From: Macrostomum lignano
Lineage: Eukaryota
Assembly (NCBI GenBank): GCA_002269645.1
Contig: NIVC01001522.1
Coordinates: forward strand, 1 to 64,000
Length of the DNA: 64,000 nucleotides
Reading direction: 5' to 3'
This document shows positions 27,901 to 41,631 of this stretch, one piece after another. How positions within the stretch are numbered: position 1 is the stretch's first letter; the number at the start of each line of letters is the position of its first letter. A model generated the notes under the pieces. That model was not told where the DNA came from and ran no database searches. It saw only the letters and a program-made list of their open reading frames with translations. Made by a program: the position numbers and the translations under genes.

Positions 27901-28136
27901 AGAAAAAGAATAAAAATGCCCATTGCCCACTGTTAGTAGGCTAGTAAGTTTAGAGCCCATGTGCTAGCGCGTGGTTTGGAAAGTCTGGAAGCACTTGTTG
28001 AAGCTGAGCTTTTCTGTGGATTCAATTCAAATGGTGAATGATAATGTTTAGCAGCAAGAGACCTATTTCTAGTTTTGAAACATCAAGTGAAGATTGTGTT
28101 GTCGGCGCTAAACGTCACGCGAGCCATGCCGGTAGA

Positions 28137-28143
28137 TTATATA
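28137..28143 (-). promoter_or_regulatory. Paralogous TATA box within a duplicate of the micro-exon gene promoter
   Basis: ggtagattatatagcctaga and ttaccagcagcttttt are shared between 28130-28250 and 36005-36120. Confidence 0.5.
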
Positions 28144-28338
28144 GCCTAGACCGAGAGGGCGGGATCACACCAAGCCGAAATAACCTAAAATAATTTCCAG
28201 CACCAGCGTTACCAGCAGCTTTTTTCTGGACTTAATTCTTGTTCGAATGATAATGGCCACTCAAAAAGGGAAGTGAAGCATTCATGTCCGCAAAAGATGC
28301 TGCTAGCTACATTGGGAAGAGCTTTGACTGGATAGAGC

Positions 28339-30534
<2,196 letters not shown>

Positions 30535-30538
30535 CCAC

Positions 30539-31340
30539 TTATTTAGACGGTCTTGGAAAGCTTTCCGAGCATTTTACGCAAATTTCGTGTCCGTCACAGG
30601 CCTCGAGCTTGCGATGACATGCAGCAATTGAACGGGACAATCTAGGGCCTTTCAGATTTTGCTTGAAAGCAAGCACCAGTGTCAAGCTGCATGGGCATGA
30701 GACTTGAGGATGAGGATGAGACTTGCAACAAAACTCACAGTTCCTCGCAATTGAGTTGCCTCCAGAGATGATCGACAAATCGACACGATCTTTGGCAAAA
30801 TGAACCGAATCATTGTCTACCTGACGATACCTGTTCAATGTTCCTGACGAGGTCGACAATATCCGACATTGGCAGTTCCTTCTTTTGCCTTTGTTCTTCT
30901 GGGCCAGACACGCCAGACGAGGTCTGAATCGCACCCAGCACCCGCCTCTGAACTTCTGGGTTGCTGATTCCTGCGGTGACCTCAGGCGGGATAGAACATC
31001 CGTGATGGACTCCTCACCAGCTGCTTGGCGAAGGATCAAAAAATCTCGTGCTCTCTTGAAGACTTCTTGGGCTTCATATAATTGACGATAGCAGATTCCT
31101 TTTCTTAGAATGGCAGCGTCTCAAAACAATGATGCGAGTTAGCTTCTTAAGTGTATTCAGTCCACACAAGGCCGTGAAGTTGTCGGCAATCGTTTTAGAG
31201 ATTGCAAGAGCTTTGAATGCTTTCAGCCACGGTGAGGCGTGGTGTGCATCTGCGAGGCCAAAAAATTCAAACCGGAGAAAGCCGCTAGTGCTCACCATGG
31301 CGTGGCCAACCATAATAACGACGAATCCACCACGCGATGC
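30539..31340 (-). mobile_element. Decayed Ty3/Gypsy-like gag remnant
   Basis: Frameshifted segments NYMKPKKSSREHEIF and RQAAGEESITDVLSRLR resemble the Gypsy gag pattern (PK..ERF.F..R.Q..GES..D...RLR). A Cys/His region CEFCCKSHPHPQVSCPC follows. No pol is visible; the sequence abuts the TTAG array. Confidence 0.5.
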
Positions 31341-31769
31341 TGGAAGTGGACCGGTGGATGCTTATCGGCATCGACGATCGTGCACAGCGTCCAGGCGGCC
31401 TGCAATGCCAGGTTAAGCAGGGCTGGCCACGGTTAGTACACGGTTACATGTACATGTGGTACGCTACAGAGTACAAGGCAGCCTACAAATTACACTCAAA
31501 GCAGATTTGAAGCCAATTTTAGCATCTCAGGTGAGATTTTATTGATATGTTGGCACAGAACTTTCATTTTTCCTGGGTGGTCAAGATTGACCATCTTGAC
31601 TCGACCCCCTAGATGGGTTCCCATTGCAGTTCTTAGTTTTTTATAACCAAAATCTAAAGGTAACTTTTTTGTCATCAGGGGCACTGCCCCTGAACTTAAT
31701 AAATTTAGAAATAATCTTCAAATTCATCTACCAATTGCCACCCAAAAGTTGCGCAGGAGATTCTTCGCA

Positions 31770-32010
31770 CCCCCTTTACCCTCCACGCCCGCTTTACCCT
31801 CTACACCCGCTTCACCCTCCGATCCCGTTATACCCTCCACACCCGCTTTACCCTCCACACCCGCTTTACCCTCCGCACCCGCTCTACCCTCCACACCCGC
31901 TTTACCCTCCACACTCGCTTTACCCTCCACACCCGCTTTACGCTCCACACCCGCTTTACCCTCCGCACCCGCTTTACCCTCCACACCCGCTTCACCCTCC
32001 GCATCCGTTA
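31770..32010. repeat. 18-bp minisatellite
   Basis: (ccgctttaccctccacac)n. Confidence 0.9.
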
Positions 32011-32785
32011 TACCCTCCAGCTTTTCCCTCCGCAGACGCACACGAAGCACATCCGCGATCTGAAAGATGCGATCAGACGCGGCTTCTCCCAGCCGTTCTG
32101 CCTGTTCCGCGGCTAGCAGAAATACTTTAAAAAAAACTTAAAAACCGACACCTTCATCCTCGCCACGGCCTGCCCGGCAGTCCATGACGCTATCCATGAC
32201 GCTATCCATGACGCTATCGCAGCGGCCCATGCAGCTCGCCGACGTCTGCGACAACTCCTTTCTGCTGTTGTCCCCACCCTGCACAGCCGCAGATATCGCA
32301 GAATAAAAAGGTATGCGTGTACTTTGATTGGCTGCCAATCGGCCGTCACGTGACCGTGGCCGGCGAGAATTCCATGATCATGGACCGTCACGTAATCAAC
32401 AGCTACTTCCATGCAGAAGATGTTCACATCAGACCTGATGTGCTACAGAGCAAGGTGATCGACTCAGAGTCAGTGAATTTATGTGGTTTGTGAGCAGGAT
32501 TCGTGTAGCACACTTTTTTAGTTTGGATGACAGGTCAATGCTAGCCTTAAGTCAGCTACGAATGAGTCATAAGAAATGTACGATTGTACGTAGGCCAGAA
32601 TAAAAAATTAACGTAGAATTCGATTTTCTTTGAATATCAATTGGCTATAAAAAGGCAAGACGTATCAAAAGATGGTCCTCAACATGTCGACTCAAATGGC
32701 AGGTCGTATTTGAAAAAGACATTGACCTTAGAGCGAGACATTATAATGGAGAAGCGAGACAGCTAAGCAAAACCGGCCGTGGCCC

Positions 32786-32823
<38 letters not shown>

Positions 32824-34370
32824 GTGTGTGTGTGCGTGTATGGATCAATACGAAGTGAGTTTAAGCTACCAGCAGGAGTTGTCATTGTTAGAGTTGGAAG
32901 TGTTGGGGTGGTGCGACTCTTGAATGTGGCTCTTACAGTACCTGCATGAGGAAGCCTCGTGCTGGCGAAGACAAGACAGCATATCGAATCATGCATGGCG
33001 TGCATGCGCAGAAGCTCCTGGTTCGATACTCCTAGCTGGCTGCACATTAAAATGGTGTAGAGAACTTACGGAGGCTATAGGCAGCAGAGCAACTCCCCAA
33101 AAATGATATTGATCATTTTTATTGAGAGCAGCGAGCAGTAAAGTAGCAAATAATCGACTTTTAAGTTAGAGCAGTCCTTATTGAATAGTCCTATTTTGAA
33201 TATCGTCCAAGCGATTGCATTGCCTCTTTGCTCTAATACGATCATCGCATGCCTCTCAATGTATGTAATACCGAGCTCAAATTTTGACTAATTACATCTG
33301 GCATGTAAATGCGAAGCCTGTATCTAAACTTTCTCAAGAGAAACTAAAGGAGATGATTTTTGGAATAGCAAGACTAGAGAATGTCAAACTATCACCTCGA
33401 TACAAATCAACATTCTTGAAATGCATTTTTAAAGGTATTTTTATTGATTCAGTAGTGCACATACACCTGTATTCCAATGCACCGTCATCCGCAGTTCCAG
33501 CCATCAATTGTCTTTCTGATTCCTGTGATATTTTGGTGACGACCTGGAGCTCTAGAAAGGTGTTTTACAATATAAACTATATAAACTAAGGCTGGTAGAT
33601 AAGCTAAAAAGCCTTAAATAGACATGGCATGGAGACTTGAAGTTCACTGATAGATCAGTAAATCAACCAATGCGTCAATGCTCAATGGCCAGTATCTATT
33701 GAAAATCCACATTGCTGTCAGTCGATTTTGCCTTTGTTTTATCGTAGCAAATTTGTAAAACGAGACAATACTGTTTGTTCATAACAGTATTTGTGTACAA
33801 CTGTTGTTGAAGTTTGATTGTGTATTCACAAGCGTTTTTAATGAAGTAAACTCCATTGTTAAGCCACGCAAAACGGTTTCAACTCCATTTTGAGCTTTAG
33901 TGGTACTGCAGTACTGCATGTACGTTTGACCTCTGCGACGGACGGTGCTACGTCCCATTCAATGCATCTACCGCAGTTTTAAATGAAGTTTCCGAACAAA
34001 AATCAAAAGGCTAGCTGTCATTTTATTAACTTTGCTCAGATGAAACAACCAAGATAAATGAGAATAAAGATAAAGAGCATGGACAACTTCAGTAGAGGGA
34101 TGGCTACTTTTGAATTAGTGAACTCACCCCACAATTCTTTTGCTAGATAACTTCTAGCATCCTTGAATATGATACTTCAGTTGTCCATGATAAACAGTCT
34201 TGGGTTTCAAGAATTTTTTATTGTCTTCTCAACCGATAAATGTCACTTTTATATTATTCAACTTTCCACCGCTTCTCAAAAGGAACTGACAAGAGGTGTG
34301 TGGATAAACATGCACTTAGGCAAAAGGAAAATGAAAAAAAACTTCCAAAATGGTTAGGTAGTTAAATGTC

Positions 34371-34376
34371 TTTATT
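34371..34376 (-). terminator. Polyadenylation signal of the micro-exon gene
   Basis: AATAAA ~100 nt after the TGA. Confidence 0.5.
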
Positions 34377-34474
34377 TTGAGAGTTGCTTAATTCTCGTCT
34401 TAGAAATTGTTGTCTTCATTCGGTGTCGCGTCAAGCTTCACAATCGCTGCGACAGGTTCTGCCAGGTCAGGCCT

Positions 34475-35919
34475 TCAGCCGCGGACTACCGGCAGTGGAG
34501 CTGCGGATAACGGAGTGTCATGCACAAAGTCTGTTGCTGTCTATCATATATAAAATTAACTGCTTTAGCACTTACTTCCAAATCCAGCACCTGGCGGAGA
34601 AGTCGGCTCTTCGTTCATGGCTGCGGATTATTTGGCAATGTGAATTCGGTGGAAACGGATTATCTACGCTTGATAGGCCTCGAAGTTCGGATTCAATTCA
34701 GCATGAATGTCAGAAACCTTTCATACTCGTGGTTTGCTCTTAGAAACTCACCATTTCCTCCGTACGGCACAACAGGGATAGAAGTTGGCGGCTCTTCGCT
34801 TGCTGTAAGAATGTAGTCAATAAATCCAATTGTCAAAAACTAACGTGTTGAAAACATGTGCTAAACACTTTATTGTTCAGTAACAACTTAAAAAATCAGC
34901 TTCGAGAAACTCACGACTTCCGAATCCTGGGAAAGAAGTTGGCGGCTCTTCGCTGGCTGTAAGCAAGTTAATCAATGCAATTGTCAAAAACTAACGTGTT
35001 AAAAACATGTTAGAACACTTTATTGTTCAGTAACAACTTCAAAAATCAGTTCCGATAAACTTACGACTTCCGAAGCCTGGGAAAGAAGTTGGCGGCTCTT
35101 CGCTGGCTGTAAGCAAGTCAATCAATGCAATTGTCAAAAACATATTACAGTTAGCAAACTTCACAACTAGTAAGATACTTTCATAACGTTTTAGAACACT
35201 TGATTGTTCAGGAAAAAACTGTGAACCTCAGCTCTAAAGAAACTCACGGATTCCGACGCCTGGGATGAACGGTGGCGGCGCATTGCTAGCTGTAATTAAG
35301 TAGTGATTAGGTCCAATCGTCAAAACAGCTTTGCATGTTAAAAACGCATGATTGTTAAGGAACAGCTAAGAATATCAGCTTCGAAAGACTTACCGATTCC
35401 GATGTCTGGGGAATAAGTTGGCGGCTCGTCGCTGGCTGCAAGTATAATAAGTCAATAAATATAATTGTCAAAATAACTTTATAACGTTTTAGAACACTTG
35501 ATTGTTTAGGAGCAACTATAAAACTTAGCTCCAAAGAAACTCACGGATTCCGACGCCTGGGATGAACGGTGGTGGGGCTTCGCTGGCTGTAAAGAAGGCG
35601 TCAATTAATTGTCAAATCACTTATATGCATCTTTATAGCTAGGAAGAATACTGTCAAATTTCTGAGCCACTCACCCGGAGCCTCACCAGTTGGCATCGGA
35701 GGAGGCATTGGAGGCTCGGAGCTTCCGGAACCGGAACTGCCGGAGTCAGCAACTGCGGGTTATAAAAATTCATTTATTCCAAAGGTCAGTTTCAGTCAAC
35801 AATAAGTCGAGGCGTGTTAACTTACATCTGGGTTTGTATACTGGGATGGCGCTAACGCTGCAGCACAGCACCAGACCCAACAAGACGGCTCCGAGAGTAG
35901 CTTTGCTCAGGATAGACAT
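34475..35919 (-). CDS. Micro-exon gene: secreted 167-aa Pro/Gly-rich repeat protein, 10 exons
   Basis: Exons 35919-35826 (94 nt), 35752-35675 (78), 35586-35545, 35435-35394, 35289-35248, 35106-35065, 34956-34915 (42 each), 34802-34752 (51), 34620-34576 (45), 34500-34475. All nine introns are GT-AG and phase 1. The spliced ORF is 504 nt and stop-free, beginning with signal peptide MSILSKATLGAVLLGLVLCCSVSA. Confidence 0.9.
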
Positions 35920-36012
35920 CGCCTCGTGTGTAGAAAGCTTAACTCAAGTTCAAAATTCAGTCTTCAATTTTTGACAAGTGAGCGAGGAAGCGGAGGGAGC
36001 TATGCTGGTAGA

Positions 36013-36019
36013 TTATATA
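36013..36019 (-). promoter_or_regulatory. TATA box of the micro-exon gene
   Basis: TATATAA on the minus strand ~95 nt upstream of the ATG. An Inr-like TCACTT lies ~30 nt downstream of it. Confidence 0.6.
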
Positions 36020-36479
36020 GCCTAGATCGACACGGCGTTGACCACCCCACGCGGAAACAGGTTTCTCCCAGCCATAATTACCAGCAGCTTTTTCCCTGGG
36101 CTCAACTCCTTGTTCGAATGGGCAAGGCGACTCAAGGGGGAAGGGAGGCATTGGTATTCGCAGAAGATACTGTATACCTAAAGCTATTAGTTGGAGCTGC
36201 AGCAGCAACCATTTAGGAAGAGCAGTGGCGCAGTGGGGTCTCAAAGGCTTTGGCGCCACACAATAGCGATTCGGACTGAAGAAGGCACAATAGGCAGATC
36301 TGCCTCTGCAGCTGCTTTGAAGAGTCGTCAGTGGGGGAGGGTTGGGGTTTGGTGTAGGTAGGGTTGAAGTATGCAAAATGGGCTGATCAAGAGTGAACCA
36401 CCAGTAAAAAGGATCGATTCTTTTGCCTATATTCTAATACGCTGAAATGACTAGTAATCATGAATCGTCTCAGAGCTTC

Positions 36480-36934
<455 letters not shown>

Positions 36935-37745
36935 GCATCGGGTGCATGGCGACTAAGTAATGTCTGCGGCAGCCACGTGGTATGCATAATTGATCTATCT
37001 TAGTCACGAAAGACATGCAAGTGCCTTCCTTTCTCTACCATGCGACAAATTGGGTACTTCCCGCCGGTTTTCCTGCGAGAGCTGCAAAGTGCGAACATCA
37101 TAGGGCGACAGCAAATAGTAGAATTGAAGCATTGTTCATCGTCTTGACATGCGTCATACGCTATTGTTCTCAAATGGCTATGCAAACGCATATTTTATAC
37201 TCTAGTTGTTAGCCCGTATAGCCGGTATGGGTGGCTCTCATTAAAAGCAGAAAACCAAAAGAAGCAATAATTTGCTTCTACATGCATCCAGCTCTGCAGT
37301 TTTCTTCAACCCGCTAACCCGTCAGTTACTAACTACTGAAGTAAAATGAGAATCACTACTCAGCAGGCGGTGGCATGTGATGAAGACTAGATGTGGCAGC
37401 CGAAATTTTTTTTAGGGGGCGGTTTGAGATGGAGCTAGCTTCTTTGTTAGACTTACAGGGTGGCGACAGCTGAGACTGAGAGCTCCTATCTCCCAGCTTC
37501 CGTCCTTCATCACGGATTGGCTGCAGCTTGCGCTCCAAACGGTATAAATTGTATAAAGCAGATCTATATACCTGCTTCCCATTTCCCCGCACACCATCAA
37601 TCTGAATAGCATTAACAGGCTAAAAGCTTACAATCTTGTCGTAGACTATGAAATTCTGGGTAATTTTCGCCATTGTGCTTATTCAAGTAAGCGGTGAGTA
37701 CGGTCTAGTTGCTTCGTGCCTCCCCTGCTACTCCTACGAGAGTGC

Positions 37746-39579
37746 ATGCGGATGTGCATGTGTGAACTGCTTTTTATACTCGCTCGAATTTCAGTGAAAA
37801 ACGTTCTGAGCGTCAAACGCTTCAATCGATTCGTCACCAGCAGCTCCGTTGAGCTGATTGATTCTGTGATCAGCTTGTTCGTCAATAACGATGTCGCTCA
37901 GGAAAGTCATTGCCTGCTGCTGTGCCAGCTCAGAGGCTGCGCTGTCGTCGAGCTGAACAAGACCGCCAGAGTCTGTCGGACAGTCAGCATCAACAATGAG
38001 TCATTGGGGCAGCCCGCCGGTCCAAACGGAAGTCACGTGACGATACAGCTCGGCTCGCCCGACGATAGCGCTGTGACTTTGTGGAAAGCGGAAGAGTTTG
38101 ACCAAAACCTTATGAGTTTGACGTCAGCTGAAGTGCTGCTGAGAAGTGAGTCACGAGATATGGAATTGTTTGAAAATGTCTGTGCGACAATTGTTGCAGT
38201 CAAAGCTTCATCATAAACTCCCACAGACAGCAGCTCGGGCAGAAACGGATCGATCGAAACCTTCACGGCTCCCGCTAGCGGCTGCTACCTCATTGAGGCA
38301 GCCGGTGCCAGAGGAGGCAACAACGCCCTGATGAACTTCGGAGGCCCCGGAGCCCAGGTGAGCGCCAGAGTCAACCTGACGGCCGGCACCCAGCTGAGCA
38401 TCGTTGTGGGCCAGACAGGCGGCTCGACCTCCCTGAGCAGCGAAGGAGGCGGCGGAGGCGGCGGCAGCTTCGTGTACCGGACGAACGACCAGCTGCTGCT
38501 GCTGGCTGCCGGCGGGGGCGGTGGCGCCGGTATAGGACACGATGGTGAGCAAGAATGTTTCTCGAACTTTTAAGGAGGCAGGTTTTTTTGATAAATTAGT
38601 CCAATAAGCCATATTTATTTAAAAGCCTGTCCCATTTGTTTGAATGCTTAATAACTGCAGCTTAAAAAAAATTCATTTCGTTACTGTCAATGAGCAAAGC
38701 ATGATAAAAAAGATTCATAAAATTAATGAATCAAGTTGTGCCATTTTTTATGATGTTTAGGCACAGGACGTAAACAAAAGGCTCTAAGAATATCAATAGA
38801 GCTATACAAAAGGAAGGCAAGACATATCAATAATAAGATGAACATTGGATCTGCCTGCCATTCAAAGCATTAATAAATTTTGTGCTGATAGCATGAAAAC
38901 ATGCAGCTCTTATCTCCGTAATGTATATATTTTCGGTAAAAACTGGACTGTCTGATAAAAACTTTCCAAAACCGTATTATAGTTTGATATTGATATGTCG
39001 GTATAACTAATTGTGGTTTCTACAGGGCATTAAGTTTCCGTAACTATTGTGCATCGTGCTATAATAGTTCTCTGTACGATAGTAATACAAAAAACTGCAG
39101 GAAGGCCAGGACAAGTGGGAACTAACGGCTCGGACAGCATCGGAGCTGAGAACAACAAAGGCTTCGGCGGCATCAACGGCCAGCCGGGCTCCAACAATCC
39201 GAGTGGCACCCCATCAAACTCTGACCACGGAGGCTGCGGCGCCGGCTGGCTTGGCAGGGCAGTCAACCCTAGGCGGAGCTCCTGGGATGGCGAACGAGGC
39301 GGCAGTCGGGCCCAAGGCTGGGTCGGCGGCAGCGCCGGTGGTGGCAGCGCCTGCCACGGCGGCTTCGGCGGCGGCGGCGGCTGCGGCTGCATGCGCGGCT
39401 CGATCAAAGGCGCTGCTGGCGGAGGCAGAGGCTTCAGTGGCGGCGGCGCGGGTGTCGGCCGCAGTCACATCGGCGGCGGCGGTGGCTCCTTCTGCCTGGA
39501 CGGCTGCGTCTCCAGCAGCAGCTGCACTGGCGATCAGGGCTTCGTGTCCGTCAGGTTCGCATCAACCAGCTGCGGCTGA
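37746..39579 (+). CDS. Secreted protein with PAN/apple-like N-terminus and ALK/LTK-type glycine-rich domain, 3 exons
   Basis: Exons 37746-38145, 38227-38544, 39101-39579, with phase-1 joins. Motifs ETFTAPASGCYLIEAAGARGG, SIVVGQTG, GGGGGGSFVY, LLLAAGGGGG and GGGGSF are typical of the ALK/LTK glycine-rich domain. C-x3-C-x4-C (HCLLLCQLRGC) is PAN-like. No TM or kinase domain. Confidence 0.8.
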
Positions 39580-40349
39580 TCGACGAGTCAACTCTAGCGG
39601 CGCTGTTTGAATTTCAATGAAACTGGAAGAATGAACTTCACAACCTGAGAAACAGATGTTTGTACTTTACAAACATCTTCTCCACTTAAATGCGTCTCCA
39701 GCTTGTGCCCATCCATATTTAAGTTATAAAAGAATATAATATTGAACATCCCGAAAACAAACTAAATGTCAAAGATTTACTGCCGAATACATGTACATTA
39801 ATGTACAAGTGCATGCAATTATTGCCTCGTAAAATTTGCATTTGTACACGTAACAGTAATTGTTCTTTAGCGTTCGAATAACGCTTGTTAATTGTCGATT
39901 AGGACCTGCTGGTCGAACTATAAGCCTGAAGCACTTTCAAACGATCTGTTTTGCCGTTCAGACTTTTAAGTCAACGAATCGGCGTAGAGTTCCACCGCAC
40001 CGATTACAGTGTACAAGCAGGATCGAGGCCGGGCACGATCGACAGGCGGAATTGGATCTGAATTAAAAACATGAAAGCCTATACCTTTATTATTGATAGC
40101 ATTCTAAAGTGCAATTAAAAATTGCCCCTTGAAAATGTGAAAATTGCCCATTTAGATCCAGTCATCCGCCGATTAAAATGACATGTATTGACATGATTTT
40201 TGGCTTTAATTGGCTCCATTCACACTTGTTCAATCAAATCGCACGACCGAAAGGAATATTTGATGTTATAAGTTAGGTGATAACATGAAATTTGGCCTTA
40301 TTTGTCGTCGGTGGATCGAGCCACTGATTAGCATAAGACGTAGTTTGCC

Positions 40350-40534
40350 CAGTGGCGCAACTAGGGGGGGTGGAGGGTGGTCACCCCCCTCTTAGGCGGA
40401 GACCAGAAAAAAATCAAAGGGAGGAAGGACCAAGCGAATTTTCGCCAAAATACAGAGCCGCACCCTCTCCGCCCCCCGGTTTTAACCCTTCAGAATCCGC
40501 TCCCTCAACAAATTTCTTGGCCCTTGGCCTAGTT
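40350..40534. mobile_element. Possible hAT-type MITE fragment
   Basis: Starts cagtggcgcaactagggggg, typical of CAG-terminal MITE ends. Only ctagtt of the right terminal repeat remains. Confidence 0.3.
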
Positions 40535-41006
40535 AGTCGAAACAATTGGTCAGGAAAATCGCGTGATCACTGCGACAAATGAAATATAGTTAAAATGTAA
40601 ACTGACCCAGTTGTAGTATAAATATTTACTTTGTTTGTCTTTGAACTGACTTATCTACAATCTGCTTTATTTTAAAGATTCTTCTAATCATAAGTTTGTT
40701 TTAATGTTATAAAAGTGGTGTGACTTTTGTTTAGCGCTAATTTAACAGATTTGAACGAAAGCTTTTTAACTCATGGTCTCATGTTTCGTTCGTTTGTTTG
40801 TATTGTACGCATTAGCTATATAACTAAACTTAATCTGTACTAAAGTTTTTCTATAGTCCGACAAAATAGTCATATAGAGACTCCGGTATTCATTGTTCGA
40901 CGCCTTCAGTGCTGCTAGAGTTCCAAAAGTACACTTACTTTTGGCTGATCTAGAGCACAATGTCGTGTAAGTACAAACATTTTTTCTTTTCAATGGTGCA
41001 CCCTAC

Positions 41007-41631
41007 GGCAGTAGTAGGCTAGCCTGGAAAAAAAGATCAAAATATCTCCAGGCTAGCCTGGGAAAAGATATTCTGTTGATCTTGCTTATATACATTCATT
41101 CAAATTATATAATTCAATTTATAAATAAATTATAATATATATAATATTATATATATAATATGATATAATAAAAAACAAGAAGTTTATAAATTTATAATTC
41201 ATGTAATTTAAATTGGGAGAAAAAATTCAATTTAAACTTCTTGTCATTTTTAAGTGAATACCAAACATAAGCAAATATGTGTTTTGCTTATTTTCTACAT
41301 TGACACTTTGATATTTAATTCATTTAGTCAAAGATGATCTTTTTCCAGGCAACATAGGGTCTATATAAGAAAGATAAATAGAAGATCCTTGGCTATCCTG
41401 CAGAATCATTTGTTAAACCAGACAAAAAACCCACAAATGGAATTTTAATGCCAAAACACTTCCAAAATATTGGCATAATGAAAATACTCATTTTTGGCAA
41501 GTTTTATATCAATGGCTAAAAAATATATATACAGTGAGTTTAACAAAATCAATGATTCTGCAGGATAGCCAGATCTTTTCCTAGGCTAGCCTAGAAATAT
41601 TTTGATCTTTTTTCCAAGCTAGCCTACTGCC
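41007..41631. mobile_element. Non-autonomous TIR element (MITE), ~625 bp
   Basis: ~55-bp imperfect terminal inverted repeats: ggcagtag(tag)gctagcctggaaaaaaagatcaaaatat.. versus ..atattttgatcttttttccaagctagcctactgcc. There is an internal inverted pair (tggctatcctgcagaatcatt at ~41390 and ~41550). No TSD is evident. Confidence 0.7.

Noticed and set aside
35690-36376. ORFs 35690-35974(+), 35926-36216(+), 35957-36376(-)
   Set aside because: Antisense or promoter overlaps of the micro-exon gene, with no coding hallmarks.
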